A stretch of DNA of 61,801 bases, filler included. It is 7 parts of 7 records of this genome, joined end to end, with 100 filler letters (N's around TTAATTAATTAA, not from the genome) between each part and the next. Parts side by side here need not be neighbours in the genome. Positions count along the whole stretch, not along the records: positions 1 to 13,817 come from SRR31147125_1943; positions 13,918 to 27,694 come from SRR31147125_2014; 5 more parts are not named here. One strand, written 5' to 3'. Shown in pieces: positions 7,430 through 16,695 of the stretch. A program made the translations under genes and the position numbers. The notes beneath the pieces are model-generated. The model had not been told where the DNA came from and did no database searches. It saw only the letters and a program-made list of their open reading frames with translations. Each line of letters begins with the position of its first letter. Position 1 is the stretch's first letter.

Positions 7430-9577
7430 CTATTTATCTCTAAATAATCCAAAGTATCTTTTCTTTATTTGTTCACTTATTTCAAAGCCATTATCATAAA
7501 CTAATGTTGCATCTAAATGCCCTTGTATTTTTGCAATTCGTATCCACTTTTTAAACTTTTCTATATCTTTCTTTGTACCTATAGAATATGCATACATCAC
7601 TGCTAAATAAAATTGCGCATCGCAAAATCCGCTCTCTGAGAGTTTGAGTGCAATATCGAAAGCATTTTTGCTGTTTTGCTCATCTTCATTTAAATCTGAT
7701 TTGTTAAGGATGTTTATTAGTTTTTCGAATACATTATCATAATTTTTTTCATGCAGAATCCAGTTAGAATCAGCAGGATGGTGTTCTGAAGAAATACCAT
7801 CGGTATATTCTTTGTCTTCTCTCTTTGTGTCTTTCTCTATTAGTGCACTTATTTTTTTAATATCTTCAGTGTCAGCATAATCTACTTTTGGGCAATCTAA
7901 AATAGCTTTTATGTTGCGGGGTATTCTTGCTTCTTCAATAAATACACTTATAATATCCTTACCCTGATTAAGTGCATATAAAATTTCATTTCGCACATTT
8001 TTTGATTGAATTGAATTTTTGGAAACAAACAACATAAAGCATCTGCTGTGCTCCAATGATTCAGCTATATTGTCCCGCCACTCATCTCCTGGGTCTATTC
8101 CCTGATCATACCATATTCTATATCCGCTTTTATGCAGTTGATCTATTATTGGATAAACAACTTCGCTGTCTAAATGCGCATAACTGATAAATATATAGGG
8201 TAAATTCCCAACATAAGCAACAAAGGGTGTATATTCAATATTCATTTTCTCTTCTTCCCATATTCTTAATAGTTTATTGGCTAATCTATGCCCTCTGTCT
8301 GCTGCTTTTTTTACCCATTCCATTGCTTTTAATTGGTCTTTTTTTACACCTATCCCTAGATTGTACTCAGCCCCCAAATTATACATAGCATCTATATGTC
8401 CATTCTCTGCAGCTGCCTTGCACCATTTATGACCTTCTTTTTCATCTTTAATTACACCATCACCATAATGATATTTAATGCATAGCTCCATCTGAGCATC
8501 TGAATCACCTGCGTTTGCTTTTAGTATTAGCTCTTTAACTTTATCTGTCTTTTCTACATCTAAATATCTTGCGAAGTTTCTACTACCATACAACCTCTCA
8601 TTTGCTTTAGTACTTCCTAGCTGTGATGCTTTATAATATAACTCTGCCGCCATTTTATAATCTTTCTTTGCTACATCGCTGAATTCATTTACATGATAAC
8701 ATTCAGCTAATTTATATATTGCATGCTCATAACCTTGATCTGCAGCTTTTTGAAATAAATCAAATGCCTTTTTAAGATTATCTACTCTTTCATGTCTGTT
8801 TTTGTGTTCTAAATCTACATAATACTGTCCCCATTCAGTTTGAGATTCAGGGTATCCTGACATTGCAGCCCTTTCAATCCACTTATATCCTTCATCTCTA
8901 TCCTTTGGCATTGCTATTCCTGCAAACAATGTCATGCCCAGCATATGCTGAGCCTCCAGATGTCCGCGGTTTGCCAGCTGCAAATACATACTATACGCTT
9001 TTTTACTTGCTTCTTTAGAGTCTTTATACAAATGTGGGTTATATGCTTTTACAAGGTTGTCATATGCTTCTTTTAAAAATGTAAATGTTGGCAATAATGC
9101 ACTATCTGCATTCCCAGCATCAATTTTTTTCTGCTGTCTATCCACACACTCCTTAGGGATCTCATTTTTTATCATATATATATAATCTTGTGTGCTATTA
9201 TTCTGCTTGTGAATCTTTTTGGTATAAGCCATGCCCAAAAGCAATGAGCGAGGTAAATCGTATTCATTAAGGTAGAGTGTCAAAATTGGTTTTTCTATAT
9301 CCAGACAATAGTTAACCTGTCTTCTAACCTGCTTTGATTTTCCTGAATTTTTCGAAACTAAAAAAATAAATATTGTACATTTTTCTATTGCACTTGACGA
9401 ATCCTTATCCATTACAGCAGTATTTTCGATATCTTCATCATACCAGATGCGATATCCTAAGTTATACAAAGAAATTAATTCATCATATATTTCTTCAAAA
9501 TCTTCTTTAGCATAGGAAACATATATGTATGGTTCACTTGCTAGATAAGAATAAAACGGTATTGATTTATTTTTCAT
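7430..9577 (-). CDS. TIR(E->Q) - SEL1 repeats - TIR - SEL1 protein
   Basis: TIR1 PYIYVSYAKED...GYRIWYDE...KQVRRQVNY; SEL1 repeats (AQHMLG...AAMSGYPESQ, AQMELC, AMYNLG...AADRGH); TIR2 PYIFISYAHLD...GYRIWYDQGIDPGDEW...NVRNEILYAL; final SEL1 AQFYLAVMY. ATG 9577 follows the upstream stop at 9579. Confidence 0.88.
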   Translation of the reverse strand: MKNKSIPFYSYLASEPYIYVSYAKEDFEEIYDELISLYNLGYRIWYDEDIENTAVMDKDSSSAIEKCTIFIFLVSKNSGKSKQVRRQVNYCLDIEKPILTLYLNEYDLPRSLLLGMAYTKKIHKQNNSTQDYIYMIKNEIPKECVDRQQKKIDAGNADSALLPTFTFLKEAYDNLVKAYNPHLYKDSKEASKKAYSMYLQLANRGHLEAQHMLGMTLFAGIAMPKDRDEGYKWIERAAMSGYPESQTEWGQYYVDLEHKNRHERVDNLKKAFDLFQKAADQGYEHAIYKLAECYHVNEFSDVAKKDYKMAAELYYKASQLGSTKANERLYGSRNFARYLDVEKTDKVKELILKANAGDSDAQMELCIKYHYGDGVIKDEKEGHKWCKAAAENGHIDAMYNLGAEYNLGIGVKKDQLKAMEWVKKAADRGHRLANKLLRIWEEEKMNIEYTPFVAYVGNLPYIFISYAHLDSEVVYPIIDQLHKSGYRIWYDQGIDPGDEWRDNIAESLEHSRCFMLFVSKNSIQSKNVRNEILYALNQGKDIISVFIEEARIPRNIKAILDCPKVDYADTEDIKKISALIEKDTKREDKEYTDGISSEHHPADSNWILHEKNYDNVFEKLINILNKSDLNEDEQNSKNAFDIALKLSESGFCDAQFYLAVMYAYSIGTKKDIEKFKKWIRIAKIQGHLDATLVYDNGFEISEQIKKRYFGLFRDK

Positions 9578-9578
9578 T

Positions 9579-10667
9579 TTATATCTCACTCTGCACTTGT
9601 TTTAATAGTTTTCGTGCCTCTACATGTCCTTTTTGAGCAGCTTTAGACAGCCAAATTATTGATTTATCTAAATCCTTTTCAACATGTTCACCTTTACTAT
9701 AATAATACCCTAAGCTGTACTCGCAGTGAAATAAGCCTAAATCTACTCCTCTATACAGCCAATCCAAACCTAATTGTTCATTTCTCCTTACGCCTAACCC
9801 TTCAAAATAGCATGATGATAGATTAAAAATAGCATACTCATTATTAGCATCAGCAGCTTTCATAAACCAATAAATTCCTTGACTTTCATCCTTTTGCACT
9901 CCTCTTCCACACATATAACATGCACCTAATGATACCTGCGCACCAGCATATCCACATTCCGCTGATTCTTTATACCACTTGTAGCATTCTTCATAATTAA
10001 TATCCACATATACTCCATTTTGATAGAACCCCGCCAGACGATACTGTGCTGTTGGATGTCCAAGTTCTGCTGATTTTTTACAATACTCAAATGCTAGTTT
10101 GTCACTGTTCTGATTACTATACTGTACAAAAAGATCAAAGTATTTATTCATTTCCATAAATGCAGGTCCTTCCATTATACTGCCAAAATATAATTTACTA
10201 ACCCTTACCTCCTCTTCAGTCATTACATCCTGCAGCGCCGGCGAAATTATAAGTCTAAGCTGATCAATTAGAGATTGCAAACCCAGTTTCTCTAACTTCA
10301 TTGCCTGATAATCAGCGATTGATAAATGTAGTGACTTTGGCAAAGTCAGCTCTTTTTCGTCTAAATGAATTGCTAAAAATGGTTTATCCAAAGCCAAAGC
10401 TAAATCAATTTGATGCCTAACCACAGCATCCTCAACACTTCTTTGAGATAATAAACATATAAAATAGCCGCATTTTTTTATTGCTTTATTTGCATATACA
10501 TGTACTTGCGGATCCTCTCCATAACTTTCATCAAAACTTATTCTGTATCTAAACTGCTGCAGATAATATAGTACACTTACAACTTTTTCAAAATCATATT
10601 GAGCATAACACAAATATATAAACGATTTTTCTTCTTCGTATGGTCCTTTTAATTTTACTTCTTCCAC
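9579..10667 (-). CDS. Degenerate TIR(E->Q) - SEL1 repeat protein
   Basis: FIYLCYAQYD...YRISFDE...FICLLS...VVRHQIDLALALDKP; several SEL1 repeats (AQYRLAGFYQNG, AQVSLGACYMCGRGV, AIFNLSSCYFEGLGV). GTG start. Confidence 0.82.
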   Translation of the reverse strand: MEEVKLKGPYEEEKSFIYLCYAQYDFEKVVSVLYYLQQFRYRISFDESYGEDPQVHVYANKAIKKCGYFICLLSQRSVEDAVVRHQIDLALALDKPFLAIHLDEKELTLPKSLHLSIADYQAMKLEKLGLQSLIDQLRLIISPALQDVMTEEEVRVSKLYFGSIMEGPAFMEMNKYFDLFVQYSNQNSDKLAFEYCKKSAELGHPTAQYRLAGFYQNGVYVDINYEECYKWYKESAECGYAGAQVSLGACYMCGRGVQKDESQGIYWFMKAADANNEYAIFNLSSCYFEGLGVRRNEQLGLDWLYRGVDLGLFHCEYSLGYYYSKGEHVEKDLDKSIIWLSKAAQKGHVEARKLLKQVQSEI

Positions 10668-11250
10668 TTCTAATCTACCTTCTTTCTAAATCTTCTATTA
10701 AAGTAATATTCTAATTCTAGTTTAACTAATAACTGCAATTTTTCATCATAAAGCAGCCTTCTATTTCAGTCTTTGTAACTCCAGCTATATACGCTTCCAA
10801 ATTAGTATTTTTCTAGACAATACCCACTAAACATACTTCCCCTCACTAACTGCTTTCCTAACTAAAGCTCCTATCCCTGTATCGCTTTGGGCACTTTGCC
10901 ATATCATACTGATTTAGATAACATGTACTCATTTGCCAGTCTATAATTTTATTTTTTCACATTTCTCTTATATAAAGCTTCTGATTCTTCATGTACTATA
11001 TCTTTTGGCCAGCTCTTACAAATGCTACACGGTAAAAGTGACTTTGGGTAGACTTAATATTCTCATAGTACGAGCACCTCAGGAACAAGAGGGTAATATC
11101 TTAATGAGTTGCAAGGTCTGATTGCGGATCATTTTAAATGTTCTTCTAATTGTGTTGTTCTTTGTTACTTATCATATCAATTTCATAATTCTCAATATAG
11201 ATACTATCGTGTCTTTTTCCCACAGTATGCGCTAAACATAAATTGTATAT

Positions 11251-12985
11251 CTACTGCAGTCTAACCACCTTCATATTAGCCACCTTAGCAAGCTTAATCA
11301 CATTACGGGCTGTATTTCTGTCCTTTTCTCTTTCGCGCTCAGGCAATTCTTCCCATGGGAGTATGCAGGGGTGTTCTTTATTTTCATTATTTCGTTCAGT
11401 AGCATATTTCCATCCAAAACGAACCCTACCTTCCATCCAGTCATCATGTTCAAGTATTGCATACTGTTCAATTGTACTCTTAGGTAATTCTGTCACAGCT
11501 TTTCCATCAAGTTCTTCAGCTTCCAAAGCATATCCAAGCAATCTCAGCTTTTTATCCATATTCATTGCCTGTCGTAAATTAGAGTATCTTACAGATGACT
11601 CAAGCTTATAATAATCTTCATTTACATGTATTTCATCATCATTCTTTTTTTGCTTAATAATATAATCATCATGTATTTCTTTGGCCAGCAATTCCATGTT
11701 TTCCAAAAGCGGACGCGGTATTTTTTTATTTACTCCAGCTTCAATATATGCAATATCCAAAGTATCGCAATCTATGTTCAACCCTTTCGGGAATACTTCT
11801 TTGATATTAAGCAGCTCATTAAAAAGTTTGATTTTATTATCAATAAACTCTTGCTTAAAATTTCTCTTGCCTGCTAAATATGTTATATTAAAAATTTCTT
11901 TACCGATTATAATATTTGCGCTTTTTGCGTGTGTTCTGTACTTTTCTTTTATTCCATATCCTTCTCTGTTCCACTCTTGCATTTCATCGCACATTATTAG
12001 AAGATATGCTATTGGATATTCTTTTGCTTCTAGCGGTCTGCGAGTGAACTGCTTAAGTATTACGTTTCTATAGTAGTTATGCATTAGTATAGCGCCTGCA
12101 CTATCAACAATGGCATTATAAAAACGCATAGGATTACCTTTCGTAATTTGAATTAGGTAACCATACCACTTAAGCACAATAATCGCACTATAAAACCCGT
12201 GATCAATAAAGCCGTATTTTGCCATATCAGCTGTAAAATTATCAAGCTTATTCTTTATTTCTTCAATTGGTATTCCTATTGATTGATGTATTTTTTGAGC
12301 CAGCAAATCAATTGGCTGTAGCAAGTCAATATATACACTGCTTTCGTTTCTTTCATACTGCTCTTTAATAAATTCTTTTTTAGGCATTACTTCTGCAATT
12401 GAATTTAGACGACGGAAGTTTTCAAATTCTAAATGAGCTTTGATTGAACCTTTACTTTCATCATGGTCAGCATCTGTTGCAAACCGTATAAAGTTTAGCA
12501 TTTGCTTTCCTATTATCTCTACAGGGTAACCAACATCATGGGAAAGCGATGCCAGCCCCCATCGAAAAAAGAATTCTTCATGTTTTGTTTTATAATTCTC
12601 AGGATATTTTTTTATCTATAACAACATCATTAAATATCTGCCTATAATTTTTATTTTGAGCGTAAATGCAAATTCCTAGAATAAAGACATTTACAGAATG
12701 AATATAATGGTCTCTTTGCTTATCAATCAGGGTGGCCGCTTTTTCTTCATATTCACTAAGAACATCCAGTAAATCCATAAAAGGATTATTGGAGCCTTCC
12801 AGCATTATTCGATATGTACCAAAGAAAAGCTTATATACATCAAAAGCAGTATCCTTTGTTTCATCCGATAAAAAAGCAATTAAGGATTGCTCAAGTAACT
12901 CTTTTTTCGATTTGCCTTTATCACTTGTTAGCTTAAGTTCGTTAAAAAACTTTTTGATGTAATTTTGCAGATTACTGATTTGCAT
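11251..12985 (-). CDS. HD-type metal-dependent phosphohydrolase fused to C-terminal RyR repeats, frameshifted at an A7 run
   Basis: N-terminal part RDHYIHSVNVFILG; shifted frame continues YPENYKTKHEEFFFRWGLASLSHDVGYPVE into ORF 11251..12501 (DHGFYSA, AILMHN, LLIMCDEMQEWNR). C-terminal RyR: EHDDWMEGRVRFGWKYATERNNENKEHPCILPWEELPEREREKDR. Break at T7 12607-12613; AGGAGG before ATG 12985. Confidence 0.82.
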
Positions 12986-13146
12986 GTTTCCTCCTATTTT
13001 TATAGAGATTTTCAAATAACTTTTATGACTATTTGCAACGATTACAATTATGTCATTAATAACCAATAATGGATCATCACCTATATAAGGTAGGTTTAGC
13101 TTAAAATCCTCCAACTTATTAACCAACGCAGGAAATGTGTAACAAT

Positions 13147-13162
13147 ATGTAAATTATAACAT
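13147..13162 (-). promoter_or_regulatory. Extended -10 promoter element identical to 6700-6715
   Basis: ATGTAAATTATAACAT, ~160 nt upstream of the HD-RyR start. Confidence 0.5.
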
Positions 13163-13249
13163 TATTTTAAGTATTGTTCAATAATTATAAATAGTACATA
13201 CCAGTATTAATTTTAAAATGGCAACGCATTATTCTTGATGCCTCCTTTG

Positions 13250-13817
13250 TTACCCCATCGGAATATCAATACTACTCATCCTATTAAATACGACCCAGTC
13301 TGCATTTTCAGCCAACGCATCGTATCCAATTTCCACAATAATTTTATCAAGCTTATCATAATCATTTTCAGCATATGCTTTTTCAAACTCGACCTTTGCT
13401 TGAGTAAATATCATAATCATTCTTCTGTATTGATTTAGTTCAACATCAAACTTTCTTTGTTCAAAATAATTATAAAACACTGCACCAACTGATAAGAAAA
13501 AATCAACAGCAAATAAGAATGCAAATTCTTCAATTCCAATAGCTTCCCATTTAGCTTGAATCATCAAAAGCATTGCAGCTAGAACACCAGCTCCAAACAT
13601 TGCATATTTAACAACCGTATTCCACTTTATTCTTTTTTTGTTCTTTTGGCATTTAGTTTTAAAATAATTTATCTGTCCATTAATCCAGCATAATTTCAAT
13701 TCTTGATAGTTTCTATTTTTTTGATTAGAGCATAATTCGTAGTTAATATCCATAGATATGTTTCTGATCGCTGCAAGTACCCACCCCAGTTCCCATTCAT
13801 TCTTTCTAGAATAATTA
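13250..13817 (-). CDS. SLATT-like two-TM effector domain protein, C-terminal fragment (runs off the contig)
   Basis: Frame stays open to the contig edge (NYSRKNEWELGWVLAAIRNISMD...); WINGQINYFKTK helix, two TM helices, QYRRM, EIGYDALAENADW. Confidence 0.65.
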
Positions 13818-13917
13818 NNNNNNNNNNNNNNNNNNNNNNNNNNNNNNNNNNNNNNNNNNNNTTAATTAATTAANNNNNNNNNNNNNNNNNNNNNNNNNNN
13901 NNNNNNNNNNNNNNNNN
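13818..13917. other. Artificial contig linker
   Basis: 44 N + TTAATTAATTAA + 44 N. Confidence 0.99.
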
Positions 13918-14087
13918 GGACTTGGAAAATTCGGCCGCCAATCAAAAAACGATTGAATCATCACATATCCTGTCGGCAGGAAAAGTGTTACAGCAAGAAG
14001 AATTACAGAAGGTACAAGAAGTATAGCTGTTGCGGTTGCCCGTTCAGATCCTATCTCTCGTCTCCTCTTTCGCAATGATTCATTCAT
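13918..14087 (-). CDS. Carbohydrate-type ABC transporter permease, N-terminal fragment
   Basis: LLVPSVILLAVTLFLP...QSFFDW; directly follows the solute-binding protein gene; cut by the linker. Confidence 0.75.
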
Positions 14088-14102
14088 CTTGTTTTACCTT
14101 GT

Positions 14103-15416
14103 TTACTTGAACATCTCGCTCAAAGCTCGTTGATGAGCCTGGTCAGCTTGGAAAAGAATCTCCTCAATAGAAGTCCTTCCGGTTATTAGGTTACTTGCTT
14201 CACGCTGAAATATTGCCAGGGCAGGATCTGTAAAGGCCATAAAGGTTGTCCTGTTGTTCTCTTCAGCAATGATATCAAGATATTCACTATCCAGCCGGAT
14301 GTCAGATTGAATATTGAGACTTATATTATTCGGTACTGCCTGAGTATTATTCCATAGGATCAATTGCGATTCTGGTGAAGCCATGTGCTCAACCAGTTTT
14401 ACAGCAGCCTCTTTCTGCTTCGTCCATGCGGATACCGACCAGCCGGCATTGGGTCCTGCATCGGAAATCTGGTCATAGTTGGATTTATTCGCCTGTGGAA
14501 ATGGTATAAGTGATATGCTTCCCTCTCCATGAACCTTTTCAGCTTCAGTTGGGTAATATATACCGGCAACGATCATTGCTGCAGCACTTCCGGCAACCAT
14601 CTCTTCATAGCAGTCATAATACAATGTTTTTCCAACACTGTCCTCCGAGAAGCAGCCGGCCTGGTTCATCTCTAAGACATATTGTAAAGCATCATGAAAA
14701 GCTTCATCGGTAATCGGAAGTTTTCCTGTAACCCACTGTTCAAACTTCTGGTCATCAAGAAGCTGGGTAAGGAAAACATATACGAAACCTTCCAGAGCGT
14801 AACCATCGGACCAGCCAATTGAAAATGGACGGATACCTGCATCGCTGAGAATTCTTGAGCTTTCAAGCAAATCTTCCCATGTGGCAAAAGCCGTACTCGA
14901 ATCAAGACCGACCTGATCCAGAATGGTGTTGTTTACCATCAGGCAGTACGTATAAGCTCCTGTAGGTAAAAGGTATAAATTACCGTCGGGGCTGTAAGAT
15001 GAACCAACAAATTTCAAGTCCGATATTACCTCTTCCGACACATTATCCTGTAGGGGAACAAGTGAACGCGCATAGGCTCCTGAAGTAGACCCGCCGTACA
15101 TTGAGACAACATCCGGACCAACTCCTGCTATTGTCGCATTTCTCCAGGAATCCCAGAAAGTTGGATACGGCATAGCTGTGTACTCTATGGTAATGTTGGG
15201 ATTGTCTTCCTCAAAATTACTGAATATCTCATCATAACTGGCAGCTCCATTTTCATGATCATTTGATAGCCAGCTCCAAACTTTCAATGTGATTTCATCA
15301 CCACCCTGTACAGCTCCTGAATTCTCATCCTTTCCACTAGCAAAAATACTACCGCATGAAACAATCAGGATGATTGCCAGAATTACCAATACCGCTAAAC
15401 TTTTTTTGTTTTTCAT
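14103..15416 (-). CDS. ABC transporter extracellular solute-binding protein (family 1)
   Basis: Signal peptide ending FASGKDE (spirochaete-style), ITLKVWSW, FEEDNPNITIE, GPDV; ATG 15416 with GGAG upstream. Confidence 0.85.
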   Translation of the reverse strand: MKNKKSLAVLVILAIILIVSCGSIFASGKDENSGAVQGGDEITLKVWSWLSNDHENGAASYDEIFSNFEEDNPNITIEYTAMPYPTFWDSWRNATIAGVGPDVVSMYGGSTSGAYARSLVPLQDNVSEEVISDLKFVGSSYSPDGNLYLLPTGAYTYCLMVNNTILDQVGLDSSTAFATWEDLLESSRILSDAGIRPFSIGWSDGYALEGFVYVFLTQLLDDQKFEQWVTGKLPITDEAFHDALQYVLEMNQAGCFSEDSVGKTLYYDCYEEMVAGSAAAMIVAGIYYPTEAEKVHGEGSISLIPFPQANKSNYDQISDAGPNAGWSVSAWTKQKEAAVKLVEHMASPESQLILWNNTQAVPNNISLNIQSDIRLDSEYLDIIAEENNRTTFMAFTDPALAIFQREASNLITGRTSIEEILFQADQAHQRALSEMFK

Positions 15417-15432
15417 GTGTTTCTCTCCCTTA

Positions 15433-16695
15433 TTATTGATACTTATTATGTTTCCAGGAATTTGCATGTTCAAGCTGCTTTGGGCTTGGCTGATCAAGCT
15501 CTGCTCCCAATGCTTCCAATCTTGCCTTCGCAACAAGATCATCAACTTCCTGTGAAACTGCATGGACATTATTTGACAGAGTTCCTTCATGTTCGGATAA
15601 GAACTGGACTGCTGATAATTGGACCGCTAGAGATAAATCCATAATCTCTATTGGGTTACCTTCCCCTGCGCTGACATTGGAGCAATGTCCGTCTGCCAAA
15701 AGAAAGATCGATTTACCATCACCAATTGGGATCTCCCTCACTCCTTCCCTGGCAAAAGCTCCCCGTTCCAAGGGAACTTCCCCACCAAGGTCAATTTCCG
15801 GAGGACCGGCTCCACCTATAGATACAATTGCACCATCTTTCATACGCCGCATATGGTCCGATATCAGGCTATACCCAATTCCTGTGGCAGTAATAAAAAA
15901 ATCTCCAGAGGGGCACATAGATTCCAGCTTTGCTACTGTATATCCATCATACACAGCTCTCAAAGCCCTGATGGGATCAATTTCGCTGATGACAACTCTT
16001 GCCCCAAGGGCATGTGCATATTTAGCGATCCCGCTACCGACAAATCCATAACCTACAACAACTACTGTTTTGCCCTGCATTTGGGTATTAGTCAGGTCTA
16101 AAAGGGTGGCAACCACCGATTGTCCTGTTCCATAGACATTATCAAATAGCTGCTTTGCTTTGGCATCGTTTACCGCAATGCATGGAACTTGTAAATCTCC
16201 TTCTCTCTCCATAACACGTATCGGTCTCAATCCGCTGGTTGTCTCTTCTGCTACTCCAGATAGGTACTGAAGCATATTCTTGCGCTTTTGGTGTATAAAT
16301 CGTGTTCCTTGAGCACTATCATCGACCAGGAATTCTATTTGTTCATCAAAAAACCGATTGATCAGGATCTCATCCATTTCACTGTCGGCATCAGACCGGG
16401 CAAACACCTTTATTCCAACAGATTCCAGTCCTGCTGCTACAGAATCTGTGGTGTAGTCTGCTGAACAGAAAACGGAAACCTCAGCTCCGGTCTCATTGAG
16501 TGCAATTGCCAGGTTTGCTGTCTTAGGCTCCAAAGTAAGTATAATTCCTACCCGCCGCCCTTCAAGACACCCGGTTTTCATCACTTTCTCTTTTATACAT
16601 TCCAATGCGGGCATAAATCTCTTTGCCCAATTAATCCTGTCCAACCCTTCGGGTGCTAATCCCGCATTAACGATATTGTTAAATTCACTATTCAT
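15433..16695 (-). CDS. Adenosylhomocysteinase-like protein, degenerate paralog
   Basis: EETTSG, NDAKAKQLFDNVYGTGQS and GYGFVG are retained, but LTLEPKTA, GAGPPEID and EGNPIEIMD replace the three His-containing motifs. Confidence 0.85.
   Translation of the reverse strand: MNSEFNNIVNAGLAPEGLDRINWAKRFMPALECIKEKVMKTGCLEGRRVGIILTLEPKTANLAIALNETGAEVSVFCSADYTTDSVAAGLESVGIKVFARSDADSEMDEILINRFFDEQIEFLVDDSAQGTRFIHQKRKNMLQYLSGVAEETTSGLRPIRVMEREGDLQVPCIAVNDAKAKQLFDNVYGTGQSVVATLLDLTNTQMQGKTVVVVGYGFVGSGIAKYAHALGARVVISEIDPIRALRAVYDGYTVAKLESMCPSGDFFITATGIGYSLISDHMRRMKDGAIVSIGGAGPPEIDLGGEVPLERGAFAREGVREIPIGDGKSIFLLADGHCSNVSAGEGNPIEIMDLSLAVQLSAVQFLSEHEGTLSNNVHAVSQEVDDLVAKARLEALGAELDQPSPKQLEHANSWKHNKYQ

Noticed and set aside
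114-13817. Calling the TIR cluster Thoeris, CBASS or Pycsar
   Set aside because: No SIR2/Macro ThsA or nucleotide cyclase motifs are visible, and the TIR fusions differ from stand-alone ThsB. The truncated gene at the right edge leaves some uncertainty.
13862-13873. Repeated TTAATTAATTAA as a biological repeat
   Set aside because: Always centred in 44+44 N; it is an assembly linker.
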